Positions 51,873 through 64,000 of a stretch of 64,000 nucleotides of DNA are shown here, piece after piece. The position numbers and the translations under genes are program-made. Source of the stretch: Octopus sinensis (taxonomy: Eukaryota); contig NC_043015.1 of the NCBI RefSeq assembly GCF_006345805.1, positions 12,524,001-12,588,000 of the forward strand, written 5' to 3'. Position 1 is the first letter of the stretch. Every line of letters starts with the position of its first letter. Below the pieces are notes generated by a model. That model did not search any database. It was not told the origin of the DNA and worked only from the letters and a program-made list of their open reading frames with translations.

Positions 51873-52105
51873 TATTTCTTTATTGCCCACAAGGAGCTAA
51901 ACATAGAGGGGACAAACAAGGACAGACAAAGGGATTAAGTCAATTACATTGATCCCAGTGCGTAACTGGTACTTAATTTATCGACCCCGAAAGGATGAAA
52001 GGCAAAGTCGACCTCGGTGGAATTTGAACTCACAATGTAATGGCAGACAAAATATGGCTATGCATTTCGCCTGGCGTGCTAATGTTTCTGCCAGTTCATC
52101 GCCTT
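51873..52105 (-). mobile_element. tRNA-derived SINE with a perfect 17-bp TSD
   Basis: ATTTGTACTTAATTATA at 51856-72 and 52106-22. Same family as 36759-36989. Confidence 0.9.
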
Positions 52106-53329
52106 ATTTGTACTTAATTATAGTTATTGCTCTGATGTAAGATTTGACATTTCACACACAAAAGAAGACTTGACTGTTTAGATGCTAATTTAAGTGAAAC
52201 ACAAGATAGATAAAAAAAACAGTCAAATACATTTGGGTTTCAATTCCTCATGGTGCAGCAGCAGGATATAGTAATAAAGAAATGACCTTTAAAGAAAAGA
52301 AATTTAATTCTCTTTTGCCATATCAAAACTAAAACAAAAACTTATTTGTCTCTGAAACATTAAAACCTGATTCTCTTTCATATTGGTCTTTTTAGATACA
52401 AAGCTCATTTTTTGAAGAAGCTGTGGCTCTTCTACAAAACTTTCAAGTGATACCATTCAGTATACTGAACATCATATAGTCAATCAAATTCACTTCAACA
52501 TAATAATTCAGTATATTACTAATACTTCATTTAGTATTTTCACAATTTCAATAGAAGGATGAAACTAAATTATTCAGAAGTTTTATCATTTCTTCCAACT
52601 TGTTACCCTATTATTTATTATAAAAAGCAACAACAGAAAAATGGTCAAATGACAGAAATGATAGTTGTGTTTTTTTTTTTAATCTTCTTCTATGTCCAGG
52701 AGTCCAAAACCTGCTGTTGTTGACTTTGTCATTTATTTCTATGCATAAATGTACTTTGGTTGGTTCAAATGACTTAACCCCACCTCTGAAAATTTATGGC
52801 CTTGTGCTAATGTAATAAGCCACTAGGAAGACACTAATAGCTGCAGGTTGTAGACACAGTGCAGTGTCAGTATTAAGTTTCATTCCTATAAATTCTAAAA
52901 ATCAATCAAAATGAGATCTAAGGAAAGATTTGCTTCCATATTATCAGATTCAATAAAATAAGTAATGTGATACAATGAGATTCATTCAAGTAATTATTCC
53001 CACTCCCCCTGCAGAAATCTGGTCATGTATCTAAGTAAGAAATCAATAATGATATTAAATGTAAACAATTTCAAAAACAGAAAAGAAAATCAATCTTGTT
53101 TTCATCCTAGTTACTCAGAAATCATTTAGATGCGATTAAAGGTCTAAATAAAGCCATCAATCACTTGAGACCATGTTAGATACTCAGTCAACTTATCTGC
53201 TTGATAGCAATGCTCTGAAAGCTGTGTTGCATCTGATTCAGCTAAGCATTGTATGACAAGATTGTGTGGTATGAATGTGGATCAGATGAAATTTGCTTGT
53301 CTTGTATGTTAGTCATGGATGACTATGTG

Positions 53330-53635
53330 ATTGCACCCGGAAAGTTTCCTTCCAAAGCACAAGTCCAGGCAAGGTTGTTTAATGGAAGATAAGCAGTTGC
53401 CCATCCATTCCAGCCTCTCCTCTCCACACCACCAATGTTGCCCAAGGGAAAGGCAAAAGCTGATACAGCTTGACACCGGTGGTGTCACAATTCATTTCTG
53501 CTGCAGAGTGAACTAAAGCAACATGAAATAAAGTGCTTTGCTCAAGAGCACAACACACAGCCTGGTCTGGCAATCAAACTCACTACTTCATGATTGTGAG
53601 TCCGGCACTCTAACCACTGAGCCATGCACCTTCAT
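53330..53635 (-). mobile_element. tRNA-derived SINE, further family
   Basis: Minus head GGCTCAGTGGTTAGAGTGCCGGACTC...GAGTTTGATTGCC followed by a TTGAGCAAAGCACTTT central domain. Confidence 0.7.
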
Positions 53636-54079
53636 GCATGTTGGTCATCGAGTACACTGTAAATTAACTGGGTGAGGATTTTACATGGGTACATAGCTGA
53701 ATTAAAAGTATAACTGGTCAAAGGGTGGGAAGCCTTTCCCTGAGAAGCTAGCGGTCAACCATACCTAGAATAAAGATAAGTATCACCAGATTGAAACATT
53801 TTTGTGTACCTATGGCCTAAGGAGATTTTGGGTGGATGTGTTGCCTTACAACAGCTTGAGCAAAGATAAATATAGCATCTTTTATCTTTTACCTTTTACT
53901 TTCACTGGGGCACCACTTTGAAGGGTTTAGTTCAGTGGTTCTCAACCTGGGTCCATATGGCCCTTGGGGATCCATATAAGATTTAGTTGTTAAAATTTAT
54001 CTGCAATAAATTGGTTATCTTTCTTGCTGTACACAAAATACTTTTTATACAATTCCTAATAATATTTATTATATAAATA

Positions 54080-54612
54080 CTAGCAGTATCGCCCGGCGTT
54101 GCTCGGGTTTGTAAGGGAAATAACTATATAAGCATTTTTAGAGAGTTATAGCAAAAAAATGCATTAAAAATGGAATAAAAAATGATGGTAATTTTTTTTT
54201 AAAATCGTTGACTCTGTGTCTTCAAGCCATGAAGTCGTTGTTCTAAAAGAACGCTGGTCTCCTTGACAACGCTTTACGACGTTGATTTCCTTACACTCCC
54301 TTCCCCACAGCTTCACGAGGGAGGGAAGAAGGAGGAGAAGCAACACAGGTGCAGGTGTGACCATGGACGCCAACTCCGCCGCCATCAACACACGAAAAAA
54401 TATGCGTTAAAATGGAAAAAAATGATGTTAAATTATTTTTAAAATCGTAGACTCATTGTAGACGCGCGCTAATACCCAGACGGGCTCGATATTAATCACG
54501 ACTATAAGATACCAAAATTTGGTTAAACTGCACCGCAAAATGTGGGAGTAGTTAGGAATCTAAATCGTAGGAGACAGACACTCACACAACTACAGTTTTA
54601 TATATATATAGA
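54080..54612 (-). mobile_element. Non-autonomous Helitron inserted at an AT site within a hAT-type MITE starting near 53934
   Basis: On the minus strand it starts A^TCTATATATAT and ends with hairpin CCCGAGCAACGCCGGG followed by CTAG^T. It has an internal ~60-bp direct repeat. The host begins CAGTGGTTCTCAAC. Confidence 0.85.
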
Positions 54613-54674
54613 TAACTGGATTTTTTAAACATTGAATGGCTGGGAGGGTCCATCTGAGTAAAATAAGAGCAAAA

Positions 54675-54790
54675 ATTATGGCCTTCCAGCAGCAACCTTC
54701 TCCAGCCAAAGATTGACCACAGTCTCCAGCAGCTTTACATAATCATTTGAATTGAGCCTAAGGCGCTGTTCAAAGATGTTGGGATGAATT
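54675..54790 (-). mobile_element. Tc1/mariner-superfamily (maT/DD37D-like) transposase relic
   Basis: Minus translation IHPNIFEQRLRLNSNDYVKLLETVVNLWLEKVAAGRP resembles the segment preceding the second catalytic Asp of maT transposases. Confidence 0.55.
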
Positions 54791-55075
54791 CCAGCATGTG
54801 GACACAGTCAGAACACCAGCTGTGTTCCTTCTTGCTGGCCATGGCTTTGTAGTCTCTGTTGCAGCTGTCCATGTCTGTCTTACAGCCATTACAGTGTGCA
54901 CAAAGCATTGAGTAGCAGTCATTTTGGCATTTTGATGCCTGGTGTGAATCATCATGATACAAGTAACTTTTATCTAATATTCAAATGGCTTCCAGTCTCC
55001 CATGTCAACTAACTTTAATCTTTATGCTCTCCAACACTCTTAACTGTTCACCAATGTAATTGAGCTGTTCTTGAA

Positions 55076-55280
55076 GATCCCTGGAGAAGGACATCATGCT
55101 CGGAATGGTCAGTGGCAAGAGAGGAAGAGGCCGACCAAGAACCCGCTGGCTTGACACCATCAAGAGTGATACCGGAATGGACATAGCCAATCTGAAAGAA
55201 GCGGCCTGGGATAGAACTGATTGGAGGACACTGATCCAACGAGTGACCGAGAGTCGACTTCGACTGAGCGGATAGAGAGA
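55076..55280 (+). mobile_element. Young 5'-truncated BovB-like RTE insertion with a perfect 9-bp TSD
   Basis: Open frame SLEKDIMLGMVSGKRGRGRPRTRWLDTIKSDTG...RVTESRLRLSG* and an (AG)n tail. GTTCTTGAA at 55067-75 and 55281-89. Confidence 0.88.
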
Positions 55281-57970
55281 GTTCTTGAAAAACGAAACAT
55301 AAAAAAATCATCAAATTTAGCCCAAACACCCTGTATCATTGTATCTGCCAGGGAAATGGATAAGAATAGACCTGGATGCTAACTTGTGCAAATGTTGGAT
55401 GGTAAAAACACGCTTTGTCCTCAATCTGAGAGGTGCGTAACAGCCAGGAGGAAGTGTATGTTGATGTTTGGAGGCAAGAGCGAGATAAGATTAGATAGAT
55501 ATCATCAGGAAGTGAACTAGTTAAATAGTTGATGGCAAACAGAGGAGTTGGAAGATAAGTAGAGACAACAGATGAATTTTAAGAAACTGGGAAGTATAAC
55601 TTGAAGTTGTATTACTGAGAGAGGTTAAGAGAGAGTGGATCCTGAAAGCATAAAATATGGAGCAAAGTTTACAGTGTTATTTAGAGATCAAAAATGAGTC
55701 AGAAATAAGGGATGAGAAATTTATGTTTCAAGTGTAGAATAGAATTTGTAGTTCATTTGTAGTTCATATACCTTGATGAATTTCGAGCAAATCTATGATA
55801 AAAAGCATTTCAGCCACAACCATCTGCTTTCTGAGGAGTATTTGGAACTACATTATCCAATGTTCTTTCCTTTTTCAACATAGTAAGCATGATTTGTGGG
55901 AGATTTGTTTACTATTTTTAGCAGACTGGCAAAACAAAGGAAAATGCAGTTGGGAGATATGCGTGAAGACACCATGTTATTTTCAAACCAAAAGCCTAGT
56001 GAAAGTGCTTGCAACATGGTAAACTCTGCTAAAGGTATCCACAAACCAGATGGTGGTATTAGAATGGGCATCTTGATGGACCTAAAACAATTTGTAATGT
56101 TGATGCCTTTTAATCCCTCAACACAGAATGTTAGTAAGCACTCTTCATAGCATTTCTTTTAGCTGAAGTCACTTTGGTGTGGAGGAATAATATCGCTGAG
56201 TAGATATGTGATATCTTACATATTGAATAAATGTTGAGATGATTTTAATAGAGATAATTGGAAAATGTCAGAAAACTGATGTTTTAGATTTATTTCTATA
56301 AGAGAGGATAAAAAAAACGTCGCACTTTTCAAGCCTAGCCAAGCTCATGGGCCCGGTTTCCCAGTTTCTATGGCGTATGTGTTCACCCCAGATGGATGGG
56401 ACACCAGTCCATCACAGTGTTACTCAAGAAACAGGAAGAGAGAGTGAGAGAAAGTTGTGGCGAAAGAGTACAACAGGGGTCGCCACCACCCCCTGCCGGA
56501 GCCTCGTGGAGCTTTTAGGTGTTTTCGCTCAATAAACACACACAACGCCCGGTCTGGGAATCAAAACTGCAACTCTCCAGCCATGTGTCTGCTGCCCTAA
56601 CCACTGGGTCAATTTTATTTGTTTTTGCTTTTTTAAAGGTAAATGATGAGTAAATTTGGAATGAAGACAAGAGTTAAAAAATTATTGACCGATTTAATAT
56701 GTGACAAATTTTATGATCTGTTTAAAATTTGTCAATCAAATATGAACAATTATAAATTGATGACTTGTGACCTAACAAAAAAATACGATTGTTGATTCTA
56801 ACAAAAGTCCTTTTAATCATAGACATCTGTCACAAAATTAAGTGCTTGCATCAAAGGAATGATGGAATTTCAGAGTTAGCAATAATGTGTCATGGAAAAT
56901 TGATTTGTGATTTTATTTTATTTTATTTATTTATTTATCTATTATTTTCAGAATTATAATCTACATTCAAAGCATACGTTATTCAGAAAAAAAACCAAAA
57001 CATTTATATAAAAAAAAAAAAATCATAAAGTTACAGCCAGTTTCAGAATTTGAAATGGAGATTAAATCTGGGAATTTTTTAACCTCCTATGTTTAGAATT
57101 TGAAAATAAGGACAAAATGGAAAAGATACAATTAGTTACATATTCCAAAACAAAGAAAGTAAGGGGTTAACAGCCATAAAAAAAAAAATTTAATTGAAAT
57201 TTCAGGAAAAAGATGTTCATAGAATTTTATTCTTCACTGCATAAAATTTGAAAAGTAATGGTGGTGGTGGTGGTGGTGGTGGTTGCGGTGGCAGGGGTGG
57301 TGGCAGGGTATGTGCTTATTCTGAAACCCTATAAGGGAAACATTAACTTGGATTTAGTGATATTGTGAAGATGTGTGGCTTTGTGGTTTAGGTGTTGCTC
57401 AGAAGATCATCATTGTGATTCCTGAACCAGATGGAAGCATTGTGTTCATAAGGTAAGTAATATAGTACTTGAATGCCAAAGCTTGAGTAAAATATATTGA
57501 AGCTGAGAAACATTTTGTGAGAAGTTATTCAGCTTCAGTGCCGGCCTTTCATGCTCAGCAGTCGTTACAGCAAGACACATTTTTTTCTCTCTCTGCCATA
57601 AGGCATTTTTCTAACACGCCAGCTCAAAGTTTACTTGTCCTGTCAAAAGACGCCTGTCTGTGACGTCCTATTTTTGTTATTATTATTATCATTATTGTTT
57701 TTACGTAGTTTTTATTCTTATTCGTGTAACATTGTCCGTTTTTCCATCCTTGTTTTGTATACATTCGAGGCTTTCTTCCAAGGAATCTAATGCGCTTGGC
57801 TTAGATTTTCCTTTAGGGCAGGCCAGATTGGAGCAATCTCAAGATTAATCAGGCGAAATTGCGAGGATGATCCAGTTCTTGACTGAAGATTGAAGGCTTC
57901 AAATGTCCCGTCCGTGTTTTTTGTATCGTCTTCTAAATGTTTTGCGTTCTTGTGCCAGTTTGTATTTTTT

Positions 57971-58009
<39 letters not shown>

Positions 58010-59394
58010 TGACAAAAAAGCTTTCTGGAATAAATAGAAGGAATAAATAAATGAGTGGAAACTGAACTGATAAATGTGCTATATTAAGGCACTATGCCTC
58101 TCCCAGACGCAGCAAAATTTGTTTCAACACAAGAATTCACATGAGGAATCTTGCAAACCAGATATAAAAACAAAGTGTGTGTGTGTGTGTACATATATTT
58201 CTTTATTGCCCACAAGGGGCTAAACATAGAGGGGACAAACAAGGACAGACAAACGAATTAAGTCGATTACATCGACCCCAGTGCGTAACTGGTACTTAAT
58301 TTATCGATTCCGAAAGGATGAAAGGTAAAGTCGACCTCGGCAGAATTTGAACTCAGAACGTAACGGCAGACAAAATACGGCTATGCATTTCGCCCGGCAT
58401 GCTAACTTTTCTGCCAGCTCGCTGCAGCTGTATACACACTGTGTGTGTATACAGTTGCAGGCATGGCTGTATGGGAAGATGTTTCCTTTCCAACCTCACA
58501 GCTCCAGGTTCAATCCGACTGCATGGCACCTTGAGCAAATGTCTTCTACGATAGCCTCAGGTTGACCAAAGCCTTATAAGAGGATTTGATAGACAGAAAA
58601 TGAAAGAGGCCCGTTGTATATATATATGGGGGCAAAAGTTGTGCCTGTGTTTGTCCCTCACCACCACTTGTATTAATGTCCCCATAACTTAATGATTTGG
58701 CAAAAGAGACTGACAGAATTAGTACCAGGTTTTAAAAAAGTAAGTACTGGGGTTGATTTGTTTGACTAAAAAAAAAATTCTTCAAGGTCATGCCCCAGCA
58801 TGGCCACAGTCAAATGACTGAAACAAATAAGAGATAAAGATATACATATATACATACATATATATATACATATATATACATATATATGCATGACACCTTG
58901 GTTTTAGGATCTCATTCTGTTGTGGGCGTGCCTTCTCTAGTACACCAATGCACCAAATATTTAATAACAATACTGTAATAGTATTTGATGGACAGAATTT
59001 ATTTTGAATATGCAAGTGGAGGCGCAATGGCCTAGTGGTTAGGGCAGCGGACTTGCGGTCGGAGGATCGCGGTTTCGATTCCCAGACCGGGCGTTGTGTG
59101 TGTTTATTGAGCGAAAAAAACACCTAAAAGCTCCACGAGGCTCCGGCAGGAGGTGGTGATCCCTGCTGTACTCTAAAGGCGGTGCTCCAGCATGGCCGCA
59201 GTCAAATGACTGAAACAAGTACAAAAAAAAAAAAAAAAAAAAAAAATAAGTGCAGACATGGCTGTGTGGTTACGAAACTTGCTTCCCAACCATATGAAGA
59301 AGCTGGACAAGTGAGTACCACACGAACTGAACCAGCATGAAATAACATGTCATCTTATAACTTGTTGTTCTTTGCTGTCACAACATAAAAGCAA

Positions 59395-59990
59395 ACCATT
59401 TTCACATTGTATTGTTACATGTGAGGAAAAATCGATTCTTTTCAACAATAGCAAGTATTCTGCATGGTGGCTGGATAGAAACGAAGTGCCAAAACACAAT
59501 CTAAAAAGAATATTCACCAAAAAAAGCTATTGGTGTCTGTTTGGTGGTCCAGCACTGATGTCATTCACTACAGCTTCATGAGACCTGGTAAATCAGTTGC
59601 AACAGATGTGTACATCAACCAAATCGATGAAATGATGAGTGAACTTGCAATTAAACAACTGAGCTTGGTCAATAGAGGCAGGCCAATTTTCTTGCAAGAT
59701 AATGCTTGACCACATTTTGTACAAACAACGCTACTCAAGTTACAGGGACTGGACTTGGAAGTACTTTGTCATCCACCTTATTCACCAGACTTGCACCAAC
59801 TGACTATCATGTTTTCCAGGCATTAGACAACTTTTCGCAAGGAAAAAACTTCAAATCTGAAGAAGATGCAAAAACAGCCTTTTGTGATTTCATCACCTCT
59901 TGCTCTCCAGAATTCTTCGCTGCCGGCATAAATAAGCTACTGATAAAATGGCAAAATTGCTTTGATAATTTAGGTGCAAACTTTGATTAA
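59395..59990 (+). mobile_element. Mariner (DD34D) transposase catalytic-domain relic
   Basis: IVTCEEKSILFNN...WLDRNEVPKH, RPIFLQDNA*PH, and YSPDLAPTDYHVFQALDNF...KWQNCFDNLGANFD*, with frameshifts and stops. Confidence 0.88.
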
Positions 59991-60829
59991 TTTCATTGCT
60001 TTTTGTTGCGATCATCATCATCATCATCGTTTAACGCCTATCTTCCATGCTAGCATGGGTGGGACGGTTCCACAAGAGCTGGCCAGGCAGAAGCCTGTAC
60101 CAGACTTCTGTAACTGTTTTGGCAGAATTTTTACATCTGGATGCCGTTCCTAACACCAACTACTCAGCAGAGTGGACTTAGTGCTTTTTGTGTGGCACAA
60201 GCACAGGCGAGGTCAATTTTGACAAGATTATTACAGCTGGATGCCCTTCTGAACACCAACCACTTTATGTGTGGACTGGGTGCTTTTAAGTGACACCTAC
60301 ACTGACAGGGTCACCAAGTACTTGCAAGACAAAAAAAAACTTTCAAAAGGAGAGGGGGGAATTGGAGGAGATGATCTTGTGTCAGATGATGAATGGTTAT
60401 TGTGAGATGGAGAGACAGAAACAGGCTTCTTGCTGTAGAGGAAGTACAAGGTTACCCGGCTGGAGAGAGAATGAGATTAGGAATGAATACAGAAACAGGT
60501 GCGCTACTGCAAAAGAAATACATGATTACCCAACCTGATGGAAGTGCAGGAGAAGGAGAGAGTGGGAGACAGCAAGATAGAGATGGTGGCAAAATGCTGG
60601 GCATACTCACAAGGGACAAGGGTCAAAATATAAATGGGATGGTTGAGTAAAGGAAAAGAGAGATATAGATGGTGGCAAGTGTCAGGGCATACCCTTGAGG
60701 TTCAAATGCCATAAGTGGCAGGATATTGTGAAGGAAGTGTGGTGTGATTAAAGAGTTTGAAGGAGTAAATGAGTAGTGAAAACCTGGGTATATATAGTCT
60801 GGGGGCTACTGGATAGCAATGATACTAAG

Positions 60830-61190
60830 GAACAGGGCCATGAGGACAGGATTGGGCAGTGAGAGCTTGGCATAGTGTATGAAGGAGGAAATGTGATGAA
60901 GAGAAGAGATGTGGAAATGTAGATTGGTCTGTTGGGGTAGTGTGAGTGAAAAGTTTTCTTGTTACATATAGGTTGAGCACACAGGAAAGGTGGGTGGAAA
61001 ACAGAGTTCGGTGACTCGTGGGGAGCAATGATACTGTGGCATTGGACCAAGAGGACAGAATTGGGGAGTGGGAGGTAAGCATAGTGCACAAAGGGGAAAT
61101 GTAAGGAAGAGAAGAGATGTAGAGACATAGTTTGGTTTGTTGTGGTAGAATGTATGAGAAGTTTTCTTGTTAAGTATGGGTGGGACACAC
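60830..61190. repeat. Diverged 208-bp tandem duplication in the purine-rich arm of an RTE-tail element (about 60015-61190, minus)
   Basis: GAGAAGAGATGT at 60901 and 61109, and AAGTTTTCTTGTTA at 60951 and 61159. Confidence 0.75.
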
Positions 61191-61239
61191 AATGCTTCTA
61201 GAACTCAGTTTCGCTGATGTGGGCAGGTCTTCTCAAGAA

Positions 61240-61480
61240 CTTTATATCGCCAGACACCTTGGTCCATTGTCATTTCCTCCATGAAGCCCAACATCCTGAA
61301 ATTGGTCCTTACCACTTCATCCCATGTCTTCTTGGGTCTCCCTCTTCTGTGGGTACCATCCAATTTCAGTGATCAGCACTTCTTTATGTAGTTGTCCTCA
61401 TTCATACACATCACATGTCCAAACCAATGTAGTCTTCTCTCTTGCATGCTACAGTTGATTCCTCTTATGCCCAACTTTTC
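61240..61480 (-). mobile_element. RTE-clade LINE 3' relic
   Basis: The reverse complement encodes QERRLHWFGHVMCM...RGRPKKTWDEVVR. Confidence 0.75.
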
Positions 61481-61660
61481 TCTCAAAAGTAAAATAACCT
61501 TTCAGTTCAAAGTCAGACATTTCATTCTTAATGACTTGATATATATAATTATATATAAAGTTAATCTAAACATGAAAACGCAAAGAGAAAACACAACAAC
61601 GCGAGGACGTGGAGCAAATATAGTATTATTGGACGCTCAGGAAGGAAGGGAAGAAGGAGG

Positions 61661-61695
61661 GTTTAACATTTTGAGCGGAGCTCTTCGTCAGAAAC
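61661..61695 (-). ncRNA. Decayed minimal type I hammerhead ribozyme within a Penelope-like terminal repeat (about 61560-61790)
   Basis: Minus strand reads GTTT-CTGACGA-A-GAGC(TCC)GCTC-AAAA-TGT-T-AAAC: stem I GTTT/AAAC and stem II GAGC/GCTC. GAAACGT appears decayed to AAAATGT. Confidence 0.6.
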
Positions 61696-61984
61696 ATAGG
61701 AAAAGGAAAGATCCAGAGAAGGGAAGACGGAGGAAAAAAAAATCGCCAACGGTACACACGCGGTCACATGGCTATACTTTGGAGATGGTATCACCAAAAT
61801 GAAACTATTCAGCAATTTCTGCAAAAATTTTACATTTCTTTAAAATTTTTTCAGCTCTTACATAGACTTATTCATACATACACAAATATGCATGCAAGCT
61901 CATAAACACGTGCATAAATATACATACATACACATACATACACAAAAAATGCATAAACGTAAGTAATTCTTGAAAATATAAACT

Positions 61985-62210
61985 ATGTATGTGTATTTAT
62001 GTATGTATATGCATACGTATGTGTATGTGTGCATGAATGAGTGTGTGTGTGAATGTGTGTTTGAGTGTTTCTCTGTTCAACTTGCTCATGGACATGAAAG
62101 ACAATGGAAGTACGTGTGTGTGTGTGTGTATGTGTGTGTATGTGTGTGTGTGTGTGTGTATGTGTGTCTGTGTGTGTGTGTGTGTGTGTAAGTGCGCGCG
62201 TACGTGTGCG
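61985..62210. repeat. Compound (TG)n/(TATG)n microsatellite region, one of many (for example 4910-4990, 25580-25650, 44590-44640, 45240-45295, 47375-47450, 57975-58010)
   Basis: Direct inspection of the dinucleotide tracts. Confidence 0.95.
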
Positions 62211-63015
62211 TGCTTTGTCCAGCACCACTGTTTGGCAACCGGTATAGGTTTATTTACAACGCCTTAACCTAGCAGTTCGGCTGAAAGAGACTGACAGAAA
62301 AAGTATCAGGTAAAAAAATTAAGAGTACTCGAGGCGATTTGCTTGATTTAACTCGTCCAGTTGGTGCTCCAGCATTGCCGCAGTCCAAAGACAGAAACTA
62401 GTTACAAAAGATGCGTGATTGCGTATGAATGTGTGTGTTTGCGTGCGGTCGCGTGTGTGTGCGTACATGTGCGGGCGTGTTTCAAAACTTCTTTTCCATT
62501 TCTGAACCAATTAGAAGCAGACGATTGAAAGGAATCCCGTAAATAAGTTGCATCATTCTAACAATCGCGAACCAGGTTTGAGCATTTATGTAAATTTTTA
62601 ATGATTCTAGAATGTTGGCGAACGATTTCAATAACATTTATACACTGATTGCCGTTTTACTTTCGTTTCTCTGCAGGATTTTTCAGATAATAATGTTTCA
62701 CCAATTTTACTAATTATTTCATTATGGATTCTTGCATGACAGCACATATGAAAGACAAGAGTTAGATGCGACGATAAACGATCACATAATGTTAAGTTTA
62801 AAAGAAATCAAGATTTAAAAAAGGATTTTATTTTTGATCTCTAGAGGAAAGACATAAAAACGTTTCATAGAAAATCTGGGGAAGATAAACTGGCAAATAA
62901 TCAAAATAGGTTTACATCTTTGGCTTGTTGTTATTGATATTTCTTGACCAGTTCTGATCGAGCAGGTCTATTGATCAAAGGCCTTCCAGCCCTGACCACA
63001 TCATCTTGTATACCT

Positions 63016-63251
63016 TTTTTTTTTTTTTTTACTACCCACAAGGGGCTAAACATAGAGGGGACAAACAAGTACAGACAAACGAATTAAGTCGATTACATCG
63101 ACCCCAGTGCGTCACTGGTACTTAATTTATCGACCCCGAAAGGATGAAAGGTAAAGTTGACCTCAGCGGAATTTGAACTCAGAATGCAGCGGCGGACGAA
63201 ATACCACAAAGCATTTAGCCCGGCGTGCTACCGATTCTGCCAACTCGCCGC
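63016..63251 (-). mobile_element. tRNA-derived SINE with an 11-bp TSD and poly(A) tail
   Basis: CTTGTATACCT at 63005-15 and 63252-62. The T-run at 63015-63030 is the tail on the minus strand. Confidence 0.88.
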
Positions 63252-64000
63252 CTTGTATACCTAGAACAGACAACCTTTTTCGAGAAGCGGGTCGTATGGG
63301 ATGGGACATGCTTCATCTATAAAAATCCAACTATAAAAACCTACTATAAAAATCCAAGAAAATATTTTGTTAGACGTGTCATTCAGAAAGTCCCTCGGAT
63401 CACAGTTTACTATTGACTAATCTATGACATTATCCAATGTATTCTTCCTTTGTTTTTAAGGACAGCACGATTGTAATTTTAGGTAAATTACTCTGTTATA
63501 TGTAACAGAGAGTGAGTCACCCTCTGATATTTTTCAGTTTAAAAGTAGAAAATATAATGGATAAATTACACTACATTTGATTTTATCCTATTTATATGTG
63601 CATACCTACAAAAGTGTGTCCCTCTCCCGAACTTTGTTACTACGTAACTTTTTTAAGAATGGATACTTTTTGGTGAAATGTTTTACTGATACTTTTCAGA
63701 TGCTGCAAATTCTGATTATATGGGAATTTAGGGATTTTATTTGAAGAAAAAAATACAGCGGTGGTGCCCCAGCATGGTCGCAGCCTTCGGGCTGAAACAT
63801 TTTAAAGGATTTTAAGGATTTATACTGACCACAAATATTTACAAAATAAAAGTTGAAATTTTGAAAAAATAATATTTGACCTCAGTCTACTTATGTGTGC
63901 GTGTTTACCATTTTTTGGGGGGATTTTGTTTTACATTAAATTCCATTTTGCAATTTGAAGAAAATTTGATGAAAATTTTATTAAAAGCATAAATTTTTTC

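Noticed and set aside
57885-57920. Third hammerhead-like motif (CTGAAGA...AAATGTC)
   Set aside because: Stem II cannot close with a viable loop, GAAA is missing, and no stem I pairing is evident.
61983-62267. His/Thr- or Cys/Val-rich ORFs (also 44501-44835 and 45206-45484)
   Set aside because: These are translations of (CA)n/(TG)n/(TA)n microsatellites.
62677-62800. Possible exon after a strong acceptor (tttcgtttctctgcAG) with a hydrophobic stretch ILLIISLWILA
   Set aside because: All three frames hit stops within about 65 nt and no convincing donor or partner exon was found. It could be a UTR exon but is unsupported.

Overview
AT-rich, repeat-dense eukaryotic DNA with spliceosomal GT-AG introns. 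The SINE, RTE-tail and (TA)n/(CA)n landscape matches what I recognise from Octopus genomes (inference). Two host genes are supported. (1) A + strand ZNF451-like gene with six phase-compatible coding exons (18055-18905, 23034-23208, 27185-27369, 32425-33011, 39683-39779, 44092-44271), about 690 aa without its unresolved 5' exon. It encodes a basic SP/TP-repeat N-terminus, four spaced C2H2 fingers plus one atypical finger, and a C-terminal PIN-like domain. (2) A - strand exon (ATG 11692 to donor at 11356) encoding a signal peptide and a complete 10-Cys VWC domain; its other exons were not found. The rest is layered transposon debris: RTE, BovB-like, R4/Dong and CR1 LINE relics, Ty3/gypsy gag/protease relics, a full-length decayed hAT (Buster/Charlie type), mariner and maT relics, a Helitron, piggyBac-type MITEs, GGATC-terminated long-TIR elements with 8-bp TSDs, several tRNA-derived SINE families, and two decayed minimal hammerhead ribozymes of Penelope-like type. 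Most ORFs in the supplied track are spurious. Transposon boundaries without a stated TSD or TIR are approximate.
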